Positions 1-8,316 of a stretch of 64,000 nt of DNA are shown in pieces. Location of the stretch: sequence record MF044457, one strand, 5' to 3'. A program made the translations under genes and the position numbers. The notes beneath the pieces are model-generated. The model searched no databases and was not told where the DNA came from. It was given only the letters and a program-made list of their open reading frames with translations. This stretch comes from Escherichia phage ST0. Every line of letters begins with the position of its first letter. Within the stretch, counting starts at the first letter, position 1.

Positions 1-113
1 ACTACACTGTTCTCCTTGAGAAGACATTTATTAAACCACTTGAAGGATTCACATCAGCAGCGAAACTCGATTACGAGAAGAAAGCATCTCTGTTCGATAT
101 GTTCGATTTTTGA
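1..113 (+). CDS. 43: 3' end of DNA polymerase (gene 43), partial
   Basis: Frame ending TGA at 111-113 translates ...KPLEGFTSAAKLDYEKKASLFDMFDF*; the tail matches the sliding-clamp-binding C-terminal peptide I recall for RB69 polymerase. Position upstream of the 42/uvsX block fits T4 synteny. Confidence 0.6.
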   Translation, partial: YTVLLEKTFIKPLEGFTSAAKLDYEKKASLFDMFDF

Positions 114-153
114 TATAATGACATGGACGGTAAACTAATTAAATGAGAGAAAT

Positions 154-789
154 ATGAAAACTACTCCTATTACTATCGCTATTGACGCAATCATAAAACA
201 AGCTTCTTCTTTGGCCGCTATGGCCAAAGTAATTAGTCAAAACCCTGCTCGTTATAATGCTATTCTAGAAACTCTTCGACGCCCAGGACTTAGTAATTAT
301 GAAAGCCGAGTAATTATTACAGGTGTTGGTAAGAATGCTAATATTGCAACTAAAGCTTCTGAGACATTTGCTTCACTCGGTATCCCGAGTATGTACTTGA
401 ACACCGGGCATTATTCTCACGGTGATGCAGGATTCATTGCGCCTAATGATGTGTTGATTCATATTAGTCGTTCTGGTAAAACTGAAGAAATGATAGGCGT
501 GGCTAAGCATCTTAAAATGATTCGTCCGAACGTCAAACAGATTCTGTTGCATTGTAACCCAGACATTCCACAAGAAAATGAAGCCCTTTTTGATTACTCT
601 TTCTGTACAGGCATCGCAGTAGAGGTTGATGAGAATTCTCTGGCTCCGACCATGTCCACTACATTGTTGTTAGCGCTTATCGATACTTTTGCTATCAACC
701 TTTCGTCTGAGCGTGGATTTACCTCTAATGACTTCCTTAAGTTCCACCCTGGTGGTGCACTAGGTGCCATGTTACGAGGCGAACAATGA
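154..789 (+). CDS. SIS-domain sugar-phosphate isomerase, KdsD/GutQ-like arabinose-5-phosphate isomerase without CBS domains
   Basis: ORF track 211 aa. Motifs typical of the KdsD/KpsF SIS domain: GVGKNANIATK, SHGDAGFI, ISRSGKT, APTMSTT, FHPGGALG. RBS GAGAG upstream. Confidence 0.8.
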   Translation: MKTTPITIAIDAIIKQASSLAAMAKVISQNPARYNAILETLRRPGLSNYESRVIITGVGKNANIATKASETFASLGIPSMYLNTGHYSHGDAGFIAPNDVLIHISRSGKTEEMIGVAKHLKMIRPNVKQILLHCNPDIPQENEALFDYSFCTGIAVEVDENSLAPTMSTTLLLALIDTFAINLSSERGFTSNDFLKFHPGGALGAMLRGEQ

Positions 790-929
790 AAGCAATAACA
801 ATAGGACTTTTACTATTGATGCTTATCATGACTATCTACTGGAGCTTAACGGCTCCGGTAATGATTCCGACTCTTATAATCGGATGGATTATGATTGGAC
901 TACAAGCAAAGTATGAATGCTTTAACTAG
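786..929 (+). CDS. small hydrophobic protein, 47 aa, below ORF-track size cutoff
   Basis: ATG at 786 overlaps the stop of the preceding gene (ATGA). Translation MKAITIGLLLLMLIMTIYWSLTAPVMIPTLIIGWIMIGLQAKYECFN is almost entirely hydrophobic. Confidence 0.35.
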   Translation: MKAITIGLLLLMLIMTIYWSLTAPVMIPTLIIGWIMIGLQAKYECFN

Positions 930-970
930 AATAGTGTACAATACTCCTACTTACCAATGAGGACCACAAT

Positions 971-2656
971 ATGAAAAAAGCTGTTATTCTTGGTGCTGGA
1001 CTGGCAACTCGTTTGTATCCAATAACGCATCATATTCCTAAGGTGCTTGTTAACTATAAACAAGACACTATTCTGAGCAATTTGTATACAATTTATTCTG
1101 ACCTTGGTGCAGACGAAATTATTGTAGTAGTTCATTCAAAATTTGCTGAAACTGTTCGAGCTTATTGTGAGCAAGAAGGGTTCAATGTGACTATTCGTAC
1201 AGTTGATGAAGCATATGGTTCTGCTTATGCTCTTGCTAAATTGCACAAAGATTTAGACGGCCATAATGTAATTGTTAACTGGTGTGATATTATTCCCGAT
1301 TTTGGTTCATGGTCTTGGAATGTTAACGCAATCTATGTTAAGGGTGACGAATGTCGATATAATTTCGACGGTGAAAATATCACTAACGTAGGTTCAACAG
1401 GTGGTAATGTTGTAGGAATTTATCAGTTCAAAGACTGGGAATTCTATATGGGTTCTACTGATGAGGAAATTCATGAATACTGCAAAGGACGTGATTTCGT
1501 AGAATTCCTTTACGGCAGCGCATTCAATAAATCAGAGCTTATGAATCTAATTGATTTAGGTGATATGCCTAAACTTGAAAAAGCTCATGAAGTTCGTGAA
1601 CTTAATCGTAGTTTTAATGCAGTTGAAATCGGTGAAGAAACTGTAACTAAATTCGCATTAACCGAACAGGGCCGAGCTCTTCAGAAAGATGAGATTTCAT
1701 GGTATCTTAAAGTGAAATCAGATTCAGTTCCTCAGTTAGTTTCTGTTAATGAAAATAACTTTGAAATGGAACGCATTAAAGGTAAGCCAGCATTTGAATA
1801 TATTAAATCCAAATCGAGTCTTGCTCGTCCACAAATTGTTGATGCAATTTTAGATGCACTGAAATTCAGCACAGACACTTATTTTGTAAGTCCTGAAACT
1901 GTTCGCCGTGATTTCACTAAAGAGTTCTATACGAAAGTTATTGATCGTTGTGAAAGTATTCAACCATTGATTGATTCATTCGGTAAAATCACACATGTGA
2001 ACTACACTAAGATTGGACGTCTGAAGCCAATGTTGAAACAAGCTTTAGAACACCTTATTCGTTATCATAACCGTTCTCAGGGACAGTACTCTGTTATTCA
2101 TGGTGACCCGAACTTCAGTAATACTATGATTACTGATAATGGTGAAGTCAAGTTTATCGACCCTCGTGGATATTTTGGTGAAACCAAGATTTACGGGCCA
2201 AAATTGTATGATGAAGCTAAAGTGCTTTATGCTGTTTCAGGTTATGATGAATTCAACGCTAATCCGACCTGGGGGCAATTTACTATTGATGAAACAACTT
2301 GTAATGTGACTATTAACATCAATCCATTAGTTTACAAATATGGAAAGATGAGTTCGTTTAACGAGTATCATCATTTGGCAGTTGCAATTATCTGGATTGC
2401 ATTAGGCGGTTATTTCAAGAATAATCCACTTAAAGCGGTAGCCGCATATTATAAAGGTATGGAACTTCTGACTAAGCAATTACGCAACATGGGCCGTGTA
2501 CTTCAGGACGGCTCTATTAGTTATGACGTAGCAGAACCTGTAACGGCTACTCTGATTACAAAAAATCCTGGTAAATGGGTACTAACTGATAAAGAAACTG
2601 GTGTTTCCTATCGTCCAATCGGTGGCGATATCACTCATCAATGGGAACGAATCTAA
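971..2656 (+). CDS. bifunctional sugar-1-phosphate nucleotidyltransferase (N-terminal) / sugar kinase of the choline-kinase/APH fold (C-terminal)
   Basis: ORF track 561 aa. N-terminus ILGAGLATRL is the G-x-G-x-R loop of LicC/RmlA-type nucleotidyltransferases. C-terminal half has HGDPNFSNTMI and FIDPRG, resembling the catalytic loop and DFG-like motif of LicA/APH kinases. RBS GAGGA. Confidence 0.8.
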   Translation: MKKAVILGAGLATRLYPITHHIPKVLVNYKQDTILSNLYTIYSDLGADEIIVVVHSKFAETVRAYCEQEGFNVTIRTVDEAYGSAYALAKLHKDLDGHNVIVNWCDIIPDFGSWSWNVNAIYVKGDECRYNFDGENITNVGSTGGNVVGIYQFKDWEFYMGSTDEEIHEYCKGRDFVEFLYGSAFNKSELMNLIDLGDMPKLEKAHEVRELNRSFNAVEIGEETVTKFALTEQGRALQKDEISWYLKVKSDSVPQLVSVNENNFEMERIKGKPAFEYIKSKSSLARPQIVDAILDALKFSTDTYFVSPETVRRDFTKEFYTKVIDRCESIQPLIDSFGKITHVNYTKIGRLKPMLKQALEHLIRYHNRSQGQYSVIHGDPNFSNTMITDNGEVKFIDPRGYFGETKIYGPKLYDEAKVLYAVSGYDEFNANPTWGQFTIDETTCNVTININPLVYKYGKMSSFNEYHHLAVAIIWIALGGYFKNNPLKAVAAYYKGMELLTKQLRNMGRVLQDGSISYDVAEPVTATLITKNPGKWVLTDKETGVSYRPIGGDITHQWERI

Positions 2657-3042
2657 TGCACCGTGTAGAAAACATGCTTAATCTTTGTTTTGATGTCGAT
2701 GATTGTATAACAGAGTGGAATAACAATCGTGATTACGTGAACTTCAAACCAGACGTCGAAATGGTGTCTGCCATTAATGCCCTGTATGATGCAGGGCATA
2801 CCATAACGCTTTACACTGCTCGCGGTATGAAGTCAGTAGGCCCTGGTCGTATAGCAATTGACATTCTCCCAAGTCTGATTCAGAACTTGGCAAACATTGG
2901 ATTGAAGTACCATAATTTGCTAACACATAAACCAGTATATGATTGGATTATCGACGACAAAGCTATGCGTCCTGACGAATTCAAAGCTCTTATGAATAAA
3001 GGCGAATTCGAAACATTTAAATCATATAAACCGAATCTATAA
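2656..3042 (+). CDS. HAD-superfamily phosphatase-like protein
   Basis: ORF track 2641..3042; start moved to ATG at 2656 overlapping the upstream stop (TAATG). Motif I-like FDVDDC near the N-terminus, T in LYTAR, K in THKP, IIDDK motif IV-like. Confidence 0.6.
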   Translation: MHRVENMLNLCFDVDDCITEWNNNRDYVNFKPDVEMVSAINALYDAGHTITLYTARGMKSVGPGRIAIDILPSLIQNLANIGLKYHNLLTHKPVYDWIIDDKAMRPDEFKALMNKGEFETFKSYKPNL

Positions 3043-3096
3043 TAATTTAAGTAAGACCTGCAAAAACCATCGCAACAATTAACGCGAGATGCAAAA

Positions 3097-4257
3097 ATGA
3101 ATACCTTTAAAATCGGAACGAATTTTGATTTAGCTCTTCTTGATAAAATCGTAGAGCTCAATAAAACTTATCCTAATAGCTTGATAAACGAAGTATACGG
3201 CTCTACAAGAGAAATGGCTTTTGTAGCAGCCAGACCTGATTTTAGGCTTCCTGACGTTGACAAAAAGATGTTAGAAGATTACGTTAAACGTTGTAACGAA
3301 TTAGGTATTTGCTTTAACTATACACTCAACACGATAAATCCTGGTTCAAAAAGAGAACTAGTTGAGTGGAAGAAGAAAGCTATTCAGGATTATGTTCAGT
3401 ATCTTTGGTCAATAGGCGTATGGCGTATTACTATCGCTAACCCTGTTGTTATGGAAATTGTTCGTGAAGTCAATAAAGACATTGAGATTGAAGTTTCAAC
3501 AATTCTACATGTCGATGCTGTAACTCAAATCAAATACTTGCATGACCAATATAATATCAAAAAGGTCTGCTGCGGAATTCATAAGAACCGTTCAGTTTCT
3601 TTCCTGAAGCGTGCAGCAGAGTTTTGTAATAAGAACAATATAATATTTGAAGTTCTTGTAAATGAGTTCTGTTCTAATGCTGGTAAAGGGTATACAACAC
3701 ATTGTAGTTATCGTGACTCTTGCTATATTTTCCATAGCACCGATGTTACAGTAGATGATGCCAAATCTTTAAATGGATATCCAATGCAACATTGTATTAA
3801 AGCTCGTGATACAGATCCATTTAACTGGTTGAGAACTCGTTTTGTTCGTCCTCAAGATTTGAAACTTTATAATGATATTGGTATCACTCAATTCAAAGTT
3901 TCAGGACGTACAGGTAGCACAGACTACATTTTGAAAGTTCTTGAAGCTTATGCTTCTGAAAAGTTTGAAGGTAATTTGTTGGAATTGTGGAAGCCTTTAG
4001 AGACCATTTTCACTCTTGAAAATGAGACTGAGTTTTCACATACGGTAAATATTGAAACCTCTTTGTTAGATGGCTTTTTAGAAAAAAGGTGGTTCAGACA
4101 TCCAGATTTCGATTGTGCTAATGAAATCTGCGGGACGACGTGTACATATTGTGAAAGATATTATAAACGTCAATTATCTAAAAACGGGTTAGCAGAAAAC
4201 TCTATATCTATTATTGATATAACTAACTCTGATGACGCTTTGAGGTACCCGGAATGA
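3097..4257 (+). CDS. Cys-rich protein with U32-family-like signature, function unknown
   Basis: ORF track 386 aa. EVLVNEFCSNAGKGYTTHCSYRDSC resembles the U32 family signature (E-x-F-x2-G-x-x-C...C-x-x-S); C-terminal CANEICGTTCTYC cluster. Confidence 0.55.
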   Translation: MNTFKIGTNFDLALLDKIVELNKTYPNSLINEVYGSTREMAFVAARPDFRLPDVDKKMLEDYVKRCNELGICFNYTLNTINPGSKRELVEWKKKAIQDYVQYLWSIGVWRITIANPVVMEIVREVNKDIEIEVSTILHVDAVTQIKYLHDQYNIKKVCCGIHKNRSVSFLKRAAEFCNKNNIIFEVLVNEFCSNAGKGYTTHCSYRDSCYIFHSTDVTVDDAKSLNGYPMQHCIKARDTDPFNWLRTRFVRPQDLKLYNDIGITQFKVSGRTGSTDYILKVLEAYASEKFEGNLLELWKPLETIFTLENETEFSHTVNIETSLLDGFLEKRWFRHPDFDCANEICGTTCTYCERYYKRQLSKNGLAENSISIIDITNSDDALRYPE

Positions 4258-4397
4258 TTTCTAGAAAAACTTTTAACCACCAACTTAACGAAGAGATTTT
4301 GACTATGAAAATTAACAGCAACGAACAAATTCTTAAAAAGGCCCTAATGGGCCTGTTTGAAACTAAAGCGGCTAAAGTGATTAAAGAACCTGTTTAA
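4254..4397 (+). CDS. small ORF, 47 aa, below ORF-track cutoff
   Basis: ATG overlaps the stop of the preceding gene (ATGA); translation MISRKTFNHQLNEEILTMKINSNEQILKKALMGLFETKAAKVIKEPV. Confidence 0.25.
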   Translation: MISRKTFNHQLNEEILTMKINSNEQILKKALMGLFETKAAKVIKEPV

Positions 4398-4535
4398 TTG
4401 GAATACTACGCTGATGCATTTCTTCATAGTGTTCTTGGAAGTATCGATGCTGAAGCTTTACGTTATATCAACATTGTCAAGAAATTCAAATAAGCTTTAC
4501 GAATTGAGTATATAATAAATTGTATTGAGGTAAAC

Positions 4536-5252
4536 ATGGGAAAACATAACACAATGAAATATATCAAAGCCGCAGATTTTCAAACCGCATTTAAAGCAGT
4601 CAATCGTGAAATTTTAGAAAACCCGGAATTCGTAACTGATTCTCGTATTGGACGTTGTAATGAAATTGGGTCTATGACAGTAGTTGTTGACACTCCGTCA
4701 TCATTCAAAATGACTGACCCACGTATTAACCGCATCTCTTATGAATATGCCGAAGACTTCTGGAAGTTTATGATTTCTGGTGGTACCAACGCAGAAGAAG
4801 CGTTTAAGGCATATCCTAATGTCGCTAAATTTATTTCTAAACCAAAATCAGATGTTTTGCCGGCGAACTTCAACACTTTCTATGGTCCTCGCATTGTGGC
4901 CCAATTACCAGCTCTTCTAAAAGAACTTAAAGAGAAGCCTAACTCTCGAAGAGTTGTGTTCCAAATTCTAGAAAGTTCTGATCAGGCTTTGCTTGATTCG
5001 GACGAAACACTTGAATATCCATGTACTGACTCAGTGACTTATTATATTCGCGATGGTAAGCTTTATACCCACTGTCATATGCGTTCTCAGAACTGTGCTG
5101 TTGTTATGCAGTTGGATTTTTATCTCCAAGGAAAATTACTTCATTATATCGCTAACGAATGTGGTGTAGAAGTTGGTGATTATACTCATACCATGGTAAG
5201 TGCCCATGTGTTTGAACGTGATTTTGATTATGTTAAAGGATTCCTTGACTAA
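4536..5252 (+). CDS. 42: thymidylate-synthase-fold pyrimidine hydroxymethylase, gene 42 (dCMP hydroxymethylase) position
   Basis: ORF track 238 aa. NSRRVVFQI, YPCTDSVTYYIRDGK and HMRSQNCAV parallel the SRR, catalytic Cys and MRSND regions I recall for T4 gp42, but overall divergent. RBS GAGGT. Confidence 0.7.
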   Translation: MGKHNTMKYIKAADFQTAFKAVNREILENPEFVTDSRIGRCNEIGSMTVVVDTPSSFKMTDPRINRISYEYAEDFWKFMISGGTNAEEAFKAYPNVAKFISKPKSDVLPANFNTFYGPRIVAQLPALLKELKEKPNSRRVVFQILESSDQALLDSDETLEYPCTDSVTYYIRDGKLYTHCHMRSQNCAVVMQLDFYLQGKLLHYIANECGVEVGDYTHTMVSAHVFERDFDYVKGFLD

Positions 5253-6151
5253 TGGCTATTTTCCGCGTACCTATCTTGAGTATGCGGTCTTATGAAACTG
5301 GACAGTATGCTATCCTTAAGGATGGCAACTTCCAACTTCATTTGCACCGTGCTAATCCGGGTGATGTGATTACATATCCACGTAATGCATCTGATATTAA
5401 AGAATGTGAACGTCTTTTCCCAGAATTTAAGTTTGTTCCATTATGGTATAAAGATAACGCGTATAACACTCGTAAATATTTCTGGTCTGAAAATGAATTT
5501 GTGGTTGATTCATTAATTGCTTATTATGATTGTGATTTTCTAATCACAGATATCACTGGATACGACGGCGCTTTTGACGTAGAATTCAATTTCAATATCA
5601 CTGCAGACCCTAATAAACCACGTTTTTATATTGACGAATTCTTAAAAACCGATATGTTGTCGGTTAATCGTTCACTTCAAACTACCGTGTTGAATAAACG
5701 TCAAAAGGAAGTGCTGGTTAACGCTGGTGCAGATGGTAATAAGATTATCGTAACGCAGAAAGTTATACGTCCTTCCATCATGCAGCGTCTTGTAGGTGAT
5801 TTGGCTCCTATTCATCTAGATGGTATTTTTCATCCATTTCGAATTAGTGACCCGTGCTATCGTTTTGAACAAGTGGTTGAATGTGCAATTCAATTAGGCC
5901 AACCGCTTTATATAACCGATCCAAATAATAGCTTCGACAGAAATAAGTATCCTGAAGAAGCGCTGATTCGAATTTTTAAACCAACTAAAACTGAGTACTA
6001 TCAAATTCTTAAAGGACGGCCGAAGATTCAATATTTCGAAAATCCTGAAGAAGTATTCCATCCAGGTCTTGGTGAGTTCATCTACTTTAATGCTTTAATT
6101 TCTTCACCGTATAATATACCTAAATACGAAGATGTCGTAATCGAGGAATAA
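5252..6151 (+). CDS. hypothetical protein at the beta-glucosyltransferase locus
   Basis: ORF track 299 aa; start overlaps the stop of the hydroxymethylase gene by 1 nt. No motif recognised. Confidence 0.5.
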   Translation: MAIFRVPILSMRSYETGQYAILKDGNFQLHLHRANPGDVITYPRNASDIKECERLFPEFKFVPLWYKDNAYNTRKYFWSENEFVVDSLIAYYDCDFLITDITGYDGAFDVEFNFNITADPNKPRFYIDEFLKTDMLSVNRSLQTTVLNKRQKEVLVNAGADGNKIIVTQKVIRPSIMQRLVGDLAPIHLDGIFHPFRISDPCYRFEQVVECAIQLGQPLYITDPNNSFDRNKYPEEALIRIFKPTKTEYYQILKGRPKIQYFENPEEVFHPGLGEFIYFNALISSPYNIPKYEDVVIEE

Positions 6152-6152
6152 A

Positions 6153-6701
6153 ATGGCTAAAATTATTTTAGTAGATGGCCCAGATAATGCTGGTAAAACA
6201 ACTTTCATTAATGACATAATGGAAATTAGTGAAAGATATGTAAAGATTGATTTCCCTAAACGAACAGTTGATGGACGTTTCGATGTTAAGTCTCGAAATG
6301 AAGTTGGCTGTTTCGAAACGATGTTGAATTATTTAGACCCTACTAAGATTTATCTGTTAGACCGTGGATATATTAGTAACTGGGTTTATGGACGTATTCG
6401 ACAAGATGCGGACTCGGTTCTTGACGTTTATGAACAGGATTATGTTCGTCTTTGCCAAAACCATGATGTGTTCACAATTATTTTAACACGTAACGAAATG
6501 ACTGAAAGTTTTGAAGACGATCTTATTACTTTGTCTTCATTCGGTTTTAATACAGTCATTTCATATTTTGAAGAGTTTGCAATTCATAACAAAATCCAAA
6601 CGTATCAATTACTTAATCATGACGGTGCTAACAAAGTTATAGGATTTAATGCAAGCGAACGTAATTATTTGATTACAGAAATTATCAAATGGGCTCGTTA
6701 A
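6153..6701 (+). CDS. P-loop NTPase, small nucleotide/sugar-kinase-like
   Basis: ORF track 182 aa; Walker A GPDNAGKTT at residues 9-17; starts 1 nt after the upstream stop. Confidence 0.6.
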   Translation: MAKIILVDGPDNAGKTTFINDIMEISERYVKIDFPKRTVDGRFDVKSRNEVGCFETMLNYLDPTKIYLLDRGYISNWVYGRIRQDADSVLDVYEQDYVRLCQNHDVFTIILTRNEMTESFEDDLITLSSFGFNTVISYFEEFAIHNKIQTYQLLNHDGANKVIGFNASERNYLITEIIKWAR

Positions 6702-6800
6702 GAGCCTGTTTAAAGTTTTAAATGCTGTATAACCCTTAGTATATAATCGTCTTATCTTTTAAACATGAGTAAAATATAATGATGCCTATGGAAAAATACA

Positions 6801-7973
6801 ATGTCTGATTTAAAATCTCGTCTGATTAAAGCTTCTACTTCTAAAATGACTGCAGACTTGACTAAGTCTAAGCTGTTTAATAATCGTGATGAAGTCCCTA
6901 CTCGTATTCCGATGTTGAATATTGCATTAGGTGGTGCACTGAATGCCGGGTTGCAATCAGGCTTAACTATTTTTGCTGCTCCTTCTAAACACTTTAAAAC
7001 GTTGTTTGGACTGACCATGGTTGCAGCATATATGAAGAAATATAAAGATGCAATCTGTTTGTTCTATGATTCAGAATTTGGTGCTTCAGAATCTTATTTT
7101 CGTTCAATGGGTGTTGATTTAGACCGTGTAGTTCATACTCCGATTCAATCTGTCGAACAACTTAAAGTTGATATGACTAATCAGCTTGACGCTATTGAAC
7201 GCGGTGATAAAGTTATTATCTTTATCGATTCAATCGGTAATACTGCATCTAAGAAAGAAACTGAAGATGCATTGAACGAGAAAGTTGTAGGTGATATGTC
7301 TCGTGCTAAGGCACTTAAATCTCTGTTCCGCATTGTGACTCCTTATCTGACTATTAAAGATATTCCATGTGTTGCAATCAACCATACAGCAATGGAAATC
7401 GGTGGATTGTATCCTAAAGAGATTATGGGTGGTGGTACAGGTATTCTTTACTCTGCTAACACTGTATTCTTTATCTCTAAACGTCAGGTTAAAGAAGGTA
7501 CAGAATTGACCGGTTATGACTTCACGTTGAAAGCAGAAAAATCTCGCACCGTTAAAGAAAAATCTACTTTCCCAATCACGGTTAATTTTGATGGCGGTAT
7601 TGACCCATTCAGTGGCTTGTTAGAAATGGCAACTGAAATTGGTTTTGTGGTTAAGCCTAAAGCTGGGTGGTATGCTCGTGAATTTCTTGACGAAGAAACA
7701 GGTGAAATGATTCGTGAAGAAAAATCATGGCGTGCTAAAGCTACTGATTGTGTAGAATTCTGGGGGCCGTTGTTTAAACACAAACCTTTCCGAGATGCAA
7801 TTGAAACTAAATATAAACTAGGTGCTATCTCTTCTATTAAAGAAGTTGATGACGCTGTTAACGACCTTATTAATTGCAAAGCAACAACTAAAGTTCCGGT
7901 TAAAACTTCTGATGCTCCGTCTGCAGCAGATATAGAAAACGACCTTGACGAAATGGAAGATTTCGATGAATAA
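6801..7973 (+). CDS. uvsX: UvsX RecA-like recombinase
   Basis: 390 aa; near-collinear with T4 UvsX as I recall it (MSDLKSRLIKASTSK..., GWYAREFLDEETGEMIREEKSWRAK). Confidence 0.95.
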   Translation: MSDLKSRLIKASTSKMTADLTKSKLFNNRDEVPTRIPMLNIALGGALNAGLQSGLTIFAAPSKHFKTLFGLTMVAAYMKKYKDAICLFYDSEFGASESYFRSMGVDLDRVVHTPIQSVEQLKVDMTNQLDAIERGDKVIIFIDSIGNTASKKETEDALNEKVVGDMSRAKALKSLFRIVTPYLTIKDIPCVAINHTAMEIGGLYPKEIMGGGTGILYSANTVFFISKRQVKEGTELTGYDFTLKAEKSRTVKEKSTFPITVNFDGGIDPFSGLLEMATEIGFVVKPKAGWYAREFLDEETGEMIREEKSWRAKATDCVEFWGPLFKHKPFRDAIETKYKLGAISSIKEVDDAVNDLINCKATTKVPVKTSDAPSAADIENDLDEMEDFDE

Positions 7974-8307
7974 TCTTGATGATTTAAATCTAGAAATCGT
8001 TGATGAATCCCCTTCTTCGGAAGGGGAAGACATTCGCAAAGAACGAGTGTTTAATGAATCTCTTAAAATTATCCGTTCAGCAATGGAAAATGTCATTCAA
8101 GAGATTCTGATTACACTTGAAGATGGTTCTCATCATATAGTCTATATTACAAAACTAGACTGGGTTGATGGTAAAATCGTAATGGACTTTGCAGTTCTTG
8201 ACCAGGACAGAAAAGCAGAACTTGCACCGCATGTTGAAAAATGTGTTACAATGCAAGTACAACAAGCTTTTAATGAACGGACCAAGAAAAAATTTAAATT
8301 CTTTTAA
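7966..8307 (+). CDS. 40: gp40-like head assembly protein
   Basis: ORF track 7945..8307; start moved to ATG at 7966 overlapping the uvsX stop. Position between uvsX and 41 as in T4. Confidence 0.55.
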   Translation: MNNLDDLNLEIVDESPSSEGEDIRKERVFNESLKIIRSAMENVIQEILITLEDGSHHIVYITKLDWVDGKIVMDFAVLDQDRKAELAPHVEKCVTMQVQQAFNERTKKKFKFF

Positions 8308-8316
8308 GGAGTTATC

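Noticed and set aside
373-573. 66 aa minus-strand ORF inside the SIS isomerase gene
   Set aside because: Fully contained in a well-supported + strand gene, with no RBS; typical antisense artefact.
7514-8096. Two minus-strand ORFs (121 and 92 aa) overlapping uvsX and gene 40
   Set aside because: Antisense to highly conserved genes; low-complexity Ser-rich translations.
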